A stretch of 64,000 nt of DNA from Geosiphon pyriformis uo1 (GCA_016748015.1 JAAOMT010000003.1:500373-564372), one strand, 5' to 3'; positions 25,177 to 39,767 are shown, counted from the stretch's first letter. Notes: generated from the letters alone by a model not told the origin. Translations and numbers: made by a program.

Positions 25177-28100
25177 TTACAACACAGCTATATGACCAAC
25201 ACTGATCGAGACTTTGCGCTTCTTTCTCGCTCTTGTGTTTTCCCGCTCAACAGTATCGGGACTTGGATTATTTTTTATAATCCCAAGTTGTCCTTGATCT
25301 TCATGCGTTTTATCCACATCTATCAGTGAATATGAAGGTTGTAGAGGCGACGCACGATTTCGAGACTGGATGGAGAAACCAAGTAAAAATAGAATTCGAC
25401 AGTAGGGGACTTTTTCTCGCCACTAACCTCAACATTTTCCTCCATATAGTCTCGAGTTGAAGGCTGCAGGGGAGATATATCCATCGGAGTTATATTTAAT
25501 TCAGATAAAGTTTGATTAATTTGCGGTACTGGCGGAATTAATAGTTGACTGTTCATATTATTAACAGAGTCTTGAAGGGGATATATTTGACCATTAGCTT
25601 CATTTGTCGGTTCCCGAGGCTACAGAGTTATTTGGGTTAATATAAAAAAGAGTATATTTAGTTAATCAATTCAAAGACTATTATTACCTCAGAACCCTTC
25701 GAGGATGATGTTTCTTGTTCTGGCGGGACGCTTACTCCGAGTAATGGATTAAAATAGTTTTCCATGGTACGCTTAGTCTCCATTGACTTTAAGACGATGA
25801 ATAGTGAAGTGTTGCTCTCATTAGCCCTACTTAACGATTTTTTGCCTCTTTTGGCTGTTTGTTTTGGTGGCTGCTGCAAAAAGCCTTCGGTTTTGAGTCT
25901 TTTTTGTATTTGCCGCGCCAATCCTAACTTGACGCCTGTTTTAATTTTTTCAATAATAATATCATTTTGTGATAAAACCAGAAACTAATGCTCCCGTGAA
26001 TTTCAATTTTTCCAAAACTTACCCAATCTTTCAGCGAAAAGTTTAGAAGTTTTTGGAAACCCTTCCTCCCAGACAATAAGCAATCCTCGCCGAAACAATG
26101 CTAGGTCTTCTAATTTACTTAAATCCCAAAGATATGAAGCTCCAGGCCCATCGCGCTTTCCTTGGGAGTGCAAACATCGATAACAAGTATGGATTCTAAA
26201 TATACGTGAATCATGCCTTGATTTATAGCCATAGCATGGAACATGACCCCATGTATTGCATTTCGAACATTGAATCTAAAAGCAGTTTAAATGGATTTTA
26301 CAAGCTTCATTTCTCATACTATGACTTACAATCAGAAATTTTATTTACCATATCACCATCAGAAATATTTGAGGCACAATCACATTGACAGGTAATATTT
26401 GTCACCTCATCATCTTCACTCTCACTTATCGTTATGTCAACAATTGGCTCTTGAACTTTTTCTTGGATTGTTGTGCTCATCGGTTCTTGAATGAGGTTTA
26501 ATTCGGTTTTTGTTGTAGACTCGACTTCAACAGAGTTTGTCGTCAACAAAGTGGTGGTTGAGTTATTTATAAACCCTTCACCCATCCTTGATATATTATC
26601 GAATTGTGAATCCCTTTGGGCTTCACTTCTACTCGTTTGATTAGACAAGGCGGTGGGCACCGAATTTGATTGAAAAGGTTCTGGGGTAAGCGAAGCTACG
26701 AATAGAATGAAAAATCCGATATGAATCATTTTTATGATAAAACTAGTGTTTCTCAAGTGTATGAAACTCCATGACAAGTCGATTTAATTTTAAAACAGGT
26801 TTTTTTTACCATCTCTGATATTCAGCTTGAACTTTTCTTTATTTTGAAAAACCTCAGTTTCCATGTATAAGTTAGAAGTTTCATTATCAAACTCACCGTC
26901 ATCGTCATCAATCCGAATTATTCCTGATGGGCTATAAAGTTTATCAATATTTGGCTTCAAAATTCTTCGAGACTCAACACCTTGTTCAGTTTCATTGTTT
27001 TCATTGTCAGACTCTCGCTCTGCATTCCAAATTTTACCATTCGGCTTTTTTTCAATAATATTGTCACCGTCGTCGTCGTCGTCGTCGTTAATTAATACCG
27101 AGTTTGTAGAATTTTGCCCTAATCTTGATTCTTCCTGAAGTTCAAATGAATCCGAAATAGTTTGAATTTTCAAATTGATGCTAAAAAAAATCCAAAAGTT
27201 AACCGTAATTCAAGAATTCAAAATTGATCTTTATAAAAAAAAAAAGAATTTCAAAGCTCAAACCCATGAAAGGCTGTTTCCACTTCGCCTACGGGAATTT
27301 TTTCAGGTTTGACGTCAAAGACCAATCTCTCATGGTCTTCATGACTTGCACGAAAGAAGGGAGGCTCATAGTTGGGTGGTGTGATATTTTCGTAATAGTG
27401 AAGCTTAACCACAATATGCCGGTTGTCTAAATTGAAAATATGAAATACGAGAGTGTATATTCATAGGAATTCTTTTTTCAAGATATTTCTCACCTGGCAA
27501 TGGCTATAGGCGTTCAAAATGCATAAATTTTTGTTATTAAAGTGTGGTTAGTTTTAATGAAAAATCAAAAATTTAAATACCCACTTTTAAGGTTTGAGTT
27601 AGCAGAATCAATCGTCGAAGTAATTGTTGAGTGGCCTTCTTAATCTCGCCAATTGTACTGGCTTTTGTGTTTCCTCGTTGGGTACGATTACCTCCAATTG
27701 TCGTCAAGACTTTACCCTCATTGTTTTCAATTTGAAGTAATGGTTCACCCTTGGGATAAGTCACCTTGAATGTATAGCATTCAACTAGTTTGTTTGGTTG
27801 ACTTGGGTCAAGAAAAATCCCGAATATAATTGCACGTAAATAATGGAATGATAAAGCGTTAAAAATGCCAGTTTCCTAGAATTAATATCAAATGAAAACT
27901 TATTCATGAAAACGTTCTTGGAGGATAGGTAAAAAACCAAAGATTACAAGATTTTCAAACTGACCAACCAATCCAGCAATGAATTGGCTTCTTGACTGTA
28001 ATCACGCTTAAGTTGCTTCAGAGCGAGACCTTTACGTCAAATTTTTGGTGCTAAACAATTATTTCTATTCGAAGAAAAGTCAATATTTCAGAGGTAACTC

Positions 28101-28453
28101 ACTTCCGACTTGAAAATCTTCATAATTTTCTTCCGGAAAAAGACCTCTGTACAGTAGTAGATATTTAAAATACAATTTTAATAAAACCATAAATATTTTG
28201 CCTTCCAGATTACGCGCCATTTGCACATTAGGGATTAAGAAGATAGACCTCAAATATGTGATAGAACTTAAACTATTTTTTAGTATTTGTTTGACAATCG
28301 TAAGGCTTTGAGTCTGATTCACAACTTCAGTATCGTTCCTTTGGCGTGGATGCAGCTTTAAACGTGTGATATGAATAATAAGTTGTCAAAAATAATCCAT
28401 TTTTATGTACTGTATTTCTTTTAGAAACTTACCTGTGCAAGGCTTTGTGCCAT
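25177..28453 (-). CDS. HOP1: Meiotic HORMA-domain protein Hop1 (HORMA + PHD + winged helix); last intron uncertain
   Basis: QSLTIVKQILKNSLSSITYLR|GLFPEENY..., LLDWL|ETGIFNAL, VECYTF, LLRRLILLTQTL; PHD CQC...QCSKCNTWGHVPCYG...HTCYRC; LALFRRGL...KRLKTEGFL; terminal KRKVSISV. Confidence 0.9.
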
Positions 28454-28839
28454 TTTACTTGATTTAAGGTATGTATACCGTTTGAAGTCTGTGAAGAAAT
28501 CTGAGTGAATAAATATTGGATATATGTATTGAGCAAGAAGGAAATAAAATGTTCAAAGAGTAAAAGTAAGATTTTTGATCAGAATTTGTCATTTGATGTG
28601 AACATTTTTGAACGACCAAGAAAATGTGATAGAGTGGTGATGAAAAGTATTCACTTTGCTTAGTAATAAATATTCAAAATGTGCATTCAATTCTCCATGG
28701 GAGATGAATATCATGATATTAATTTAAAATAAAAGACCTAGTCTCCAATGTCAAAAATTTTGATTTATTAAAAAGAACATCTTTAACATTTAGAATGATA
28801 AAATATTTAGCATCACTTTTTCTCCTTCAATTTGGGATC

Positions 28840-29800
28840 CCTCCGCCATTTAACAGTAGAAGAAATTATCCCAATATTTTATTTAAACTATTCTTCTATC
28901 CCAATAGACATTTCAAACTTGCTACTCAATTGATCCTTATACTTTGCCGGATGCTTATAGAGCTAACTCAGAGGCCAAAAAATAGACAAGTTATACACAT
29001 AACACCTTGGTCCATGTGCTTCTAATAAACTTGGCCATAGTACCAGAGTTTGAAGAAATTTTCAGAGATTTGGTGAATTCTTGTTGACGGATAACGGAGC
29101 TGATGGCTTTCGTGAGGTTTTTATAATCCCACGATATAAAATAAAAAAATATAATGAAAATTCCATTGAATCAGAGAAAGCTATAAAATACTTTTACATG
29201 GGGAAATTTTATTTTCATCGAAACGAATGTCCAAAATTAATCGGAATAATAATTTAAATTTTTAAACATCCAACCTTTCTCATTTCAATCTCTTTCAGCT
29301 TATTTTTATTATTGACTTACTCTTTCAATAACTGTTGAATTTCTTTATCTGGGACCAATTAATTTTTTTTTGGCGCTACAATTATATTTCCTGTTGAGAT
29401 GACAAACTCTGACACATCTAATGAAATTAGAAAATCTATATCCTTTTCCACGCTTAACTTTGAGATAAAATTGCCAAGTTCAAGTGAAATTAACTAGTAG
29501 TATTTTCTGTTTAATTTAAAGAAGAAGAAGAAGAAGAAGAAGAAGAAGAAGAAGAAGAAGAAGAAGAAGAAGAAGAAGAAGCAAAATTTTGAAAAATGAA
29601 ATGGATTGAGAAAATTCCTTCTTTACTTTCCTCGATCTTCGATGAATGTTTCACGATTTTTATGATCATTAATTATTCGTGAGGAAAAATGAGAAAAGTT
29701 ATCTTCTAATGTTGGTGGGATTGTAACTATATATTCTTTCTTTTGTTTTGATCATACTGTCAGAAGAATTAATATAGGAAGATATTGTTATGTGTGCTAG
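28840..29800 (-). pseudogene. Intron-retaining pseudogene paralog of the 8572-9796 gene
   Basis: DIDFLISLDVSEFVISTGNIIVAPKKN*...KEIQQLLKE*VNNKNKLKEIEMRK|GT and WDYKNLTKAISSVIRQQEF...KDQLSSKFEMSI align with TDFHLNFDVTQFISSHGHI...KEIRELMEEYLNHKNSLKEIDMKK|GT and WEYEGLSKAITATIRHKGF...KNQLQSEFKMNI. Confidence 0.85.
29521..29581. repeat. (GAA)20 microsatellite
   Basis: Perfect GAA run; falls where the pseudogene's first intron would be. Confidence 0.97.
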
Positions 29801-31882
29801 AGTTTCTGAATCGAAACTTCCTTTTAGTTTGTTAGTAGAGATTGGTAATCATTTCTTTTATTATTTATAAATAAAATTTATGAAGGAGCTTTAGAGAATT
29901 TCGAAATTTGATCATTAATGAATCTTGAAGAGAAATGTAATTTTTATATAAAAAACACTCATTTAACTTAAAAATTAAAGGTATATATTTTTTGGATTAA
30001 ATCTCATAAAAATTATTAAAATAAGTAAAAACTTGAAGATAGTCCCCTTTTTTTGCTTTCCAGTTTTATTTTAAATTGACGTGACAAAAAAAATATAAAA
30101 AATCTTTTTCAGGTAAAACATGTGATTAAAAATCACTGAACAGATCCTTATATGCTCTACAAGCTAGCTACATTACATATATATTAAATATAATCAAAAC
30201 AAAACAAAGGCTCATGTTTGGATTGTTATCTCTCGGGGGATCGATGAAACTTTTTTATAATTTAACATTCACACTAAATTATTTTACATGAAACAAATAA
30301 ATTTTAAGAGGAAAAATGATTATCCTCAAAAATAATCATTTGAAAAGTGTAAAAAGCAAACATTTTTAAAAAAAATACTCCAATAAATTTTTTTTTTATA
30401 ACAATAATTTTAATAGAATATTAATATTTTTGACAAAATTATATTACAACTTGATTTTATTATAACTTTATTTCTATTTGAACTTCAATTCTGCTTTTTT
30501 ATTCATAATAGAAAAAAAAATTCACTTTACCTAATTTAATTATTTTATCATTTTAAAAGAATAATAATAATTATTTCAATATTTTTGATTAAGGTTTCTA
30601 AAATATTTCAAGTTTCAACCTGAGTTTTTATATACTAATTTAATAATCATGAATTGTTCCCATTGATAATGAAACCATTTAATTAATTTTCGATATTTAA
30701 AGTAACGAAAATTTTCTTCTCATTTCTATTTATATATATATATATACAAAATATTCTTTAGAAATTATTTCATTAATACCATATAAAATTATTTCGTATA
30801 CTTTAATGAATATTTTGAAATATTTTCCATTGAAAAATTTAGGATTTTCATTATTTATATAGAATCAAAGCCAATCCATTTTTGAAGCTGATTGAATCAG
30901 TACACACAAACATGATGTCTCATGTTATGATTTTTATCGGCTTTGTTTTGTTAAAAAATTTTTTAATAAAAAATAAAAATAAAAAGTTCCGAATAGCAGG
31001 TTTCTAAACCAGCCCCCATAGGTAAAACAAGATTGTAAACATAAAATTAAATGAAACGTTTCATTTTCTAAACTTGGCGTATATTAGTTCTTCAAAATCT
31101 GAATATCGTAATCATTTAATATCATGTGTAATGCATTTTGAGTTCAGGAATAGGAGCCCAAACAGTTTCGAAAATGATAAATTTAAAAAAAAAAAAATGC
31201 AGAAAATCAAACACAAATATAAAGTCACCTTGACTACATCCCTAATTCTATTTTTCCCCTTTTTCTTTTAACTCAATTTCTTTTTCATTTCCTTGTGGTT
31301 CTACTTCTTTTGCTCGTGGTTGTCTTTTCTTTTTCCAAAACTTTTCTTCGCAATATCGCAGGTCGATTCAAAGCTTCTTACCATTATATACCAAAAATTA
31401 TTCGTAGATTTTGTTGAAAAATAAAAATTTATACAATAAAATAATATCTTTCTGTGCTTCGTTTTATTTTATTGAGTTGAAAAAAAAAACGCCATCTGAC
31501 ATCTTTCATCAAAAATCACTATTCAAAAAAACATTAAATCAAAAGACGCCCGAGTTTTCGAAATTGCTGAAATTTATTTAGAAGCTACAGCCTTCATAAT
31601 AATATCTTTTAGCAAAAAAAAAAAAAATAGGAATTAATCATGATTAATTAAGCATCATTATAAATTGATTAAAAGAAACTTTAAAAAGATATCTGGATAA
31701 AATATACAAACCTGCCTTATCTTAAATTTAATTCATCGCTTTTCAAATATAAAAGTACTTGTATATCAAAATTTATACTTATTTTACCTACCTACCTACC
31801 TACCTACCTCACCCTTTCTCTTTGAAAGAGAAGATACACCAATTTCACGTATATACTACAACCTCCATTTTTCCACTTAACG

Positions 31883-33044
31883 ATGAAAAACACAATACCA
31901 TCAAACATACTTACTTCTGCAGTTGATAGTAAAGACCAACAACATCTTGGTCTTGAAGGTGTTGATGACCCATACCCAACTATCACTATAATCGATAATG
32001 ACCAGAAACCTTTAACAAAGAAACAAAGAACCGCTTTCGGTTGTCTTCCTGAACGAACAGTTGTCATTGCTATTTTCTCAATTTACTTTGTAAGTAATCA
32101 AGATCTTAAGAATTTTGAGGATTCGAAGGAGATAAATTAATAAATATTTATATCGAATTTAATATTTCGAAAATCTTTTTTAGTTTTTTGGAATCGTGAA
32201 AACAGCTTCATGTGTTTCCGAATTCATACGTGAGTATCAGTAAGATAATTTCAAAAAATTTATACTTGAAACTTTCTAACTTTTTCATTTATCAATTTTT
32301 AATAGTCACCAAACCCTTAACCAGTCAATTATTCGTGATATTAACGGGAATGGTATCCTTCTTAATTGCAACAGCTGGTGCTATAGGCATGAATGCTTTA
32401 TACAAGGTATGCGCCCCAACTTTTACAAAATTTTCAATTCAAACCATTTTCAAATTAACAATTTTCTCTTTTCCTATGGATTTTCATGATTTTCCTAGGA
32501 AAACGCGGTCTTGCTTCGTCGCTTGTCAATTTTCTTTGTGGTGCTTACCGGTTTTATCCTTGTGTTAACCTCAATCGGTCTCATAATAGAGATGACAATG
32601 CGGAACGATTTGTTAAAAGAATGCACCAACCGATATAAAATTGATTATGATGATGATGATCAAATCGATTGTAATCGAGTCGCGGATTTATTATTAATTA
32701 AGGAAGCTTTGTCGTTGCTATTTTTTGACTTAATCCTGGTATTTAATAAAATTCATTTTCAAAATACATGACCTTTAAATACATTTCTAATTTCATATTG
32801 TTATTTTCTAAAGATTTACTTTGTACATGTCATTTTCCGACATGCACATGCAATGAAATCCCCATCGAGATATCCATATCCTTTGGGTAAACCCGAGTCA
32901 GATCTACCACCCGCATACCACATCTACGTCTCCCAAGGTGTACCAACAGCTGACAATTGGGTACCACCAGCTTACAACGAAAATCCAAACAGCATCCCAG
33001 TAGGTGACGAGAAAAATGGACGAGATCCCACGAATCGCGTTTGA
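31883..33044 (+). CDS. Four-TM membrane protein (LAPTM4/tetraspanin-like topology) with two C-terminal PPAY motifs, 5 exons
   Basis: FGCLPERTVVIAIFSIYF|FFGIVKTASCVSEFI|...GAIGMNALYK|ENAVLLRRLSIFF...C...C...FFDLIL|IYFVHVIF...LPPAY...VPPAY. Confidence 0.75.
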
Positions 33045-34464
33045 TAAATTATAGGAGGCAAGAGATTTGATAAAAGTTACAACTTGGTTGCTATGAACAT
33101 TTAAAAACTACTTTACAAGGCAAAATTTGAAATACAACTAGTTGTTGGCTTAAAATTTCCTTTAATCCTGATTTTTAATGATGTAGATAAAATTATACTA
33201 ATATCTTTAGTTAGAAGACAAGTAATTTGAACTACAAGAGATTTTGAGTTTTTTTTTTTCATTATTATTAAATTTAAATATGATTTCTGTGAAATCTATC
33301 GCAATATAAAAATTTTATAGCTTCTCCGTAGAATTCTTTAATAATATTTGAAAAGGTTCAAACAAAGAACAAAATTTTTACAAACAAGATTTATTTTGAA
33401 AAAATTCATAAATTTCTCAAGTGAAAAATTTTGAGTTCTCTTCGGTTTATTTAAAGTGAATTTATGCTTTAAAATTTTTTTTTTAAAAGTATCCAATAAA
33501 AAGGTAAACTGTTAAACGTTTTGAAGTAATAAATGAATTTGTAAAAAAATTTCAGAGTTCTCGTTGTTCCTTGAAAATTAAACGATTGTTTTTAAGATAC
33601 AAATTGAATCAATCAAAAGGATATTTCTACCAAAATCGTGATAACTTTTTAAAATAGTGTTTCAATTTTGTACTTTTTCTCACTACACTACGCTCATTAT
33701 GTAACCTAAACCCTAAGTTAGGTAATTAGGAAACGTTATTTTTAAAAAAAAAACCATTTTCAAGTCTTAAATTATTATTCTGTTACGAGACATAATCTTT
33801 AAAAATATGATTTTTATCAAAATCTTTTATCAAGTTTTTTTTTTGATTTTGATATATTTCTTTTAAAAAAAACTTTATACAATTTTTGATTAAAAATAGA
33901 AAACTCTATAATAAATTTTATTTTTCTTTAATGGATCACATTTTTCAGAGAATTATTATTATCTCATGAAAATTTAAAATAAATTGATTATTAATTCGTT
34001 AATTTTTGAATCATTGTCAAAGTTTTTTTCAGCTTATTTTATTAAAATTATTTTATAATTAAGAATTTTTTAACATGAAATATCAAAAAGCATTCGTCAT
34101 TCGAAAATCTAAAAAATTATTTAAATCTCTTATTCAATTATTATTATTATTATTATTATTATTTTGTAAAGCAAATATATATATATATATATTGGTTTCA
34201 TATGAACTTTAGATTTTTTTCTAACGACAAACAAAAGAAGTTGAATAATGACAAATTGTTTCTAGGTTAATTGTAAATCTTTATCCTCAAATTCAATACA
34301 CTTTTCAAAGTGAATTAAACATTTTATAATGTTTAATTCAGGAGAACCTTTAAAAATATGAAAAAAACTGAAATCCTTTAAAGATTAACTCGTAACCATT
34401 TTTCAATAATTATTTGAAACTTTAATATTGTATTTTATTAAAAAATGGTTTATTTTCATAATCA

Positions 34465-34561
34465 AATTTGATCATAAAGAAGTATTAATTTGATCATAAA
34501 GAAGTATTAATTTGATCATAAAGAAGTATTAATTTGATTATAAAGAAGTATTAATTTGATT
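34465..34561. repeat. 22-bp minisatellite, ~4.4 copies
   Basis: aatttgatcataaagaagtatt x3, one copy with a single C>T, then a partial copy. Confidence 0.95.
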
Positions 34562-36727
34562 GTTGTAGATTTCTCTTTTAAGGAAATAAGGAGAAGTAAC
34601 AATAAAATGTTGAATTTAATTAAGATTAATAATTTTTATTGGTAATGGCATGAAAAAAAGATTACCTTTATAAAACATTTATGTTCGATCATGTTCATTA
34701 TTGACTAAAAATTAATATAATTTATTTGAAAATCATTATAGAATTTTTCATTTAGAATAGGAGATAGTAAATATTATTTAAATGAAAACGTTTTTGTTTT
34801 ACATCTTTAGTGTTAAAAAGATTTTTTTTGACATGAAATTTTTAATATTTTAAAATTTAATTCTAAAGCTTCCCGTGATTTTAATTTACATCGTTTTTAA
34901 CCGAGTTTTAGACAGAAATTTAATTAATTCCTTTATACATAAATTAGATTAATAGTTTCTAGTAATTTTGAATCAAAATCACAACGATAGGATTGTTTTT
35001 ATTATTTGAATTATTAAATGGTTATGTTTTTTTTTTTTTTTTTATTACATAATAATTAATTTTCATGATTTAACTTTTTAATCATATAAGAATTAAATTT
35101 TTTGTTTGAAATCTAGTTTTAGAATTTTAGAATATAAATACATAAATACATAAATACATTAATACATGTATATGTGTAAATTTATCGAAATGACGCAAAA
35201 ATAAAAATAAAAAAGAGCGAGAAAAAATAAAAGAAGTAGTTAGCAGATGAATAATATTGAAGATGATTAAAGATCTATTGAAGATTGTTTAAAATATCAA
35301 TTTTTTTTTAACACGACAAAAAACTTAATTTTAAAATTAGTTGAAAGAAATAATTTTTTTTTTATTTTTTATTTTTTTATTTCAAAGTTTTAGTTTTTAT
35401 TTCAAAGTTTTATTTTTAAATGAGCTTTTATTGTGAACTGATTGGAAAGCTACAAAGAAAATTTTCCAAAAAATTTTTATTGATTTATGAAATTTTTTAT
35501 TTTAAAAAAAAAATTATTTGTTATAAGAATTGCTGAAGATTCCAAAAATTTTTCAAAAAAAAAAAAAAAAACTCAAAACAAAAACCAAAGCAATAATAAA
35601 AAATAAAGGATTGCCTAATTCAATTTAAGCAAAGCATGAAACATCGGGGATTTTCTTTCATTTCATTAAAAGAACACACGATTCAGAAGGAAATCGAAGA
35701 ATAAGCTTCTTTTGTTGATATTTTTCTAGAACATTTGATTTTTGAAACTCTATTTTCTATTCAAGATTATCGTCCAAAATATCAATCATATAGTTAAATA
35801 GTGACCTCGCCTTTAACTATCAGACAAATATTTTCAAATTAAAAAAGGGGGAAAATAACATGATACGAGAATGGAACAATTCTTTATCCCTAATTTAGTA
35901 AATAGAATCATATTTTTTTTTTTTTTTTTAGGGCAGGATACATTTTCACTAGCTCAAATCTTTGTAAAATGGCTGACTAAAACATAATTTTTAACAGGAT
36001 TTTGTTTTCAATTGAATTTTTTTTTTTCAATAACGCTAAAAAATAAATTAATGTTACAAATATCATTCTATAGGGACTCTTTTTTAGTTTTCGTTAATGT
36101 AAATAAGAGTTAACATCCTTTTTAAATACTATTAAAATTTTATTTTTCCAATTCATTTAACAATCTTCTTTAAGATAAACAGACAAAACTTTTAAGAACC
36201 CAAAGATTTGACAACAATAATTGAGATTTTTCGGTCAAATTAGTTGTTCATAGATAAATGTTGGTGGATAAATTTTCATGGATAAAAAAAAAAAAATGAT
36301 TAATCACTAAATGAATTTAAACTGAATTTTTTTTTTTGAAGCTTCCAATGCAAAAATTTTTCACTAATCAAGAGGAAAAATTGAAAGAGACTGTTACGAT
36401 TTATTCAAAAAAGATCAAAGAAATCTAAAAAAACCTCTATTCCTTGATATCTAGGGCTTTTAAAAACCATTCACAAATTTAGAAAATAAAAAGGTTTATC
36501 AAAGATGCGGAATGCACAGTAACATCATTAATGCGATTAGACGTTTTTTGTATAAATAAATAAATCCGGTTTTTCCCATTACCAAATTAGGGACAAAATC
36601 TAAAACCGTGATCCATGATTGGGAAATGCTATTACATAAGCTAAAATGAGTCTATATAAAAATTTTACACAATCACCGACTTTTTCAATATCTGAATTTT
36701 ATCAGGAAATGTATGATCTTTCTATTC

Positions 36728-36869
<142 letters not shown>

Positions 36870-37400
36870 NNNNNNNNNNNNNNNNNNNNTGTCTCATCTT
36901 TACCATGATCGTTTTTTTCTTTGGATTTCTTACTATTGAGCATTCTAAAATGATTGTTGAGATTTCTAAAAATTTAAATTAATTAACGATAACAGAAATC
37001 AAAGACGCGGGAATTAAAGATTTTCATTTAACCTTGTTAAACTAATATTGTCTTTTTTTTTTCTTTTTTTTTTTCTTTTTCTTTTTCTTATTTCTTTTTT
37101 CAACGATCATGAATTTCTCGATCATTAATTATATGTCCTGCGCGGTACGCAAAAAGGGGAAAATTCGTGTGTCATGTCTTTGGGAATCTTCTACACTTAA
37201 AAAGGTTTGGACGAAATAATGATGTCCTAATTTTGAAAGACAATATATCCTGATCGAAAGGAGACCTCTATATTTTCATTTGGATTATTTCAAAAATGGG
37301 TTACATGTGTAGACTAAATGATCTTTTCTTGAAAATAAGCCCAAAAATATTTTCCTTTTTTGTATCTATCAAACAAAATCNNNNNNNNNNNNNNNNNNNN

Positions 37401-37566
<166 letters not shown>

Positions 37567-38716
37567 CTCTTTTATCTACTAAATACTAATAAATTATTCA
37601 TTATTCATTATTCAATTTTCAATTACATCATTAGAACCTGCATTTCTGTTGTAATACCATTATTCTTTTATTCACATGAGTATTTATAATTCTCAAATTA
37701 TAAATTTGTAATATTAATAATTTTNNNNNNNNNNNNNNNNNNNNTTAAAATAAAAACAATATTTATTTATTTATTTTTTCGCTAATAATTTACATCATCT
37801 TTTAAAAAGGACGAGGCTTAAATCCTATTTGAGTGTAAAAATGTTGTTTTGATTCCTATTGTTGATATTCGGCCATATGCACATTACATTTCAAGCATGA
37901 TAGGCTAGAGAGAAATCAGGTAAACCCTTCTATAACTGATACATATTAGGAATTAATCATCAATTAGATTCTTTCGAAAAAAGTTTTAAACCGTTCATGC
38001 ATAATAATTTCGAAGATCGGGTAACAATGAAAAAGGAACTAGATCAAAATCATTATTATTATTATTTTTTGTTTGCATTTTGAAATGTTTATATATGTTT
38101 GATAAACTATACGTAAACTCTGAAAAAATAGATTATTTCAATTTACGAGGGAATTCATTCTTTTTTTTTNNNNNNNNNNNNNNNNNNNNATATCTGACCA
38201 GATTCAGAAATTAAAGTCTTCAATCATCAAAATGGTTGTTCTATAAATTTTCTTAGATTCATTTTTGTACATGTAATACAAATGTTCTTTTTTCATCAAC
38301 ATACTTCTCTACTCAATCTTGTGTTTCTTCCCAATTTCCAAATGACGTATAGTAGAGCTTTTTGAGTTCTGAAACAATCAAAGGTTTCAAAACGTGATAA
38401 ACATTACTTTATCTTCTTGGAAAAACTAATTCCTCATTTAGAATGATTATCTAAATACTTTATTTTTATTTTATTTTATTTTATTTTATTTTATTTAATT
38501 TTTTTAAAATTTCACCAATTCATAATGAAAAATTAAAAGGCTTTTGAACTTTTAAAAATGATTTCTCAAAAAGGAATAAAACAAATGGCAAAGTCAAGAA
38601 TCTTAATATCTTATTTCCCTTTTGACCTTTTGCGTTTAGATTTCCCAAGCACCAATATTTTTTTGTGAGAAAAATTTTATAGAAATGTATAAATTATTTT
38701 TTTCTCACTTGACAAA

Positions 38717-39561
38717 NNNNNNNNNNNNNNNNNNNNNNNNNNNNNNNNNNNNNNNNNNNNNNNNNNNNNNNNNNNNNNNNNNNNNNNNNNNNNNNNNNNN
38801 NNNNNNNNNNNNNNNNNNNNNNNNNNNNNNNNNNNNNNNNNNNNNNNNNNNNNNNNNNNNNNNNNNNNNNNNNNNNNNNNNNNNNNNNNNNNNNNNNNNN
38901 NNNNNNNNNNNNNNNNNNNNNNNNNNNNNNNNNNNNNNNNNNNNNNNNNNNNNNNNNNNNNNNNNNNNNNNNNNNNNNNNNNNNNNNNNNNNNNNNNNNN
39001 NNNNNNNNNNNNNNNNNNNNNNNNNNNNNNNNNNNNNNNNNNNNNNNNNNNNNNNNNNNNNNNNNNNNNNNNNNNNNNNNNNNNNNNNNNNNNNNNNNNN
39101 NNNNNNNNNNNNNNNNNNNNNNNNNNNNNNNNNNNNNNNNNNNNNNNNNNNNNNNNNNNNNNNNNNNNNNNNNNNNNNNNNNNNNNNNNNNNNNNNNNNN
39201 NNNNNNNNNNNNNNNNNNNNNNNNNNNNNNNNNNNNNNNNNNNNNNNNNNNNNNNNNNNNNNNNNNNNNNNNNNNNNNNNNNNNNNNNNNNNNNNNNNNN
39301 NNNNNNNNNNNNNNNNNNNNNNNNNNNNNNNNNNNNNNNNNNNNNNNNNNNNNNNNNNNNNNNNNNNNNNNNNNNNNNNNNNNNNNNNNNNNNNNNNNNN
39401 NNNNNNNNNNNNNNNNNNNNNNNNNNNNNNNNNNNNNNNNNNNNNNNNNNNNNNNNNNNNNNNNNNNNNNNNNNNNNNNNNNNNNNNNNNNNNNNNNNNN
39501 NNNNNNNNNNNNNNNNNNNNNNNNNNNNNNNNNNNNNNNNNNNNNNNNNNNNNNNNNNNNN
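38717..39561. other. Assembly gap (other gaps: 36870-36889, 37381-37400, 37725-37744, 38170-38189, 42033-42814)
   Basis: Runs of N. Confidence 1.
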
Positions 39562-39767
39562 TTTTTTTTTTAAAGAGTTCCTAGGAAAAAAATTAAAATT
39601 AAAAATTTTTTTTTTTTTCTTATAAATAGAAAAGATCTGCTTTTTTCTCCATATAAAAAGGTTACGAAACTTTGTACCATTTCGACGCGTCGCTTTTGCA
39701 ATTTTTGCTTTTTGCTTTTGCTTTGTCCTTTGTGGCAATTATTTTACACACGATTGTTAGTAAAAAT

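Noticed and set aside
34465-34561. 22-bp repeats as a possible CRISPR array
   Set aside because: Head-to-tail with no spacers, eukaryotic context, no cas genes
38677-39738. Long X-filled ORFs (also 42015-42849)
   Set aside because: Assembly gaps
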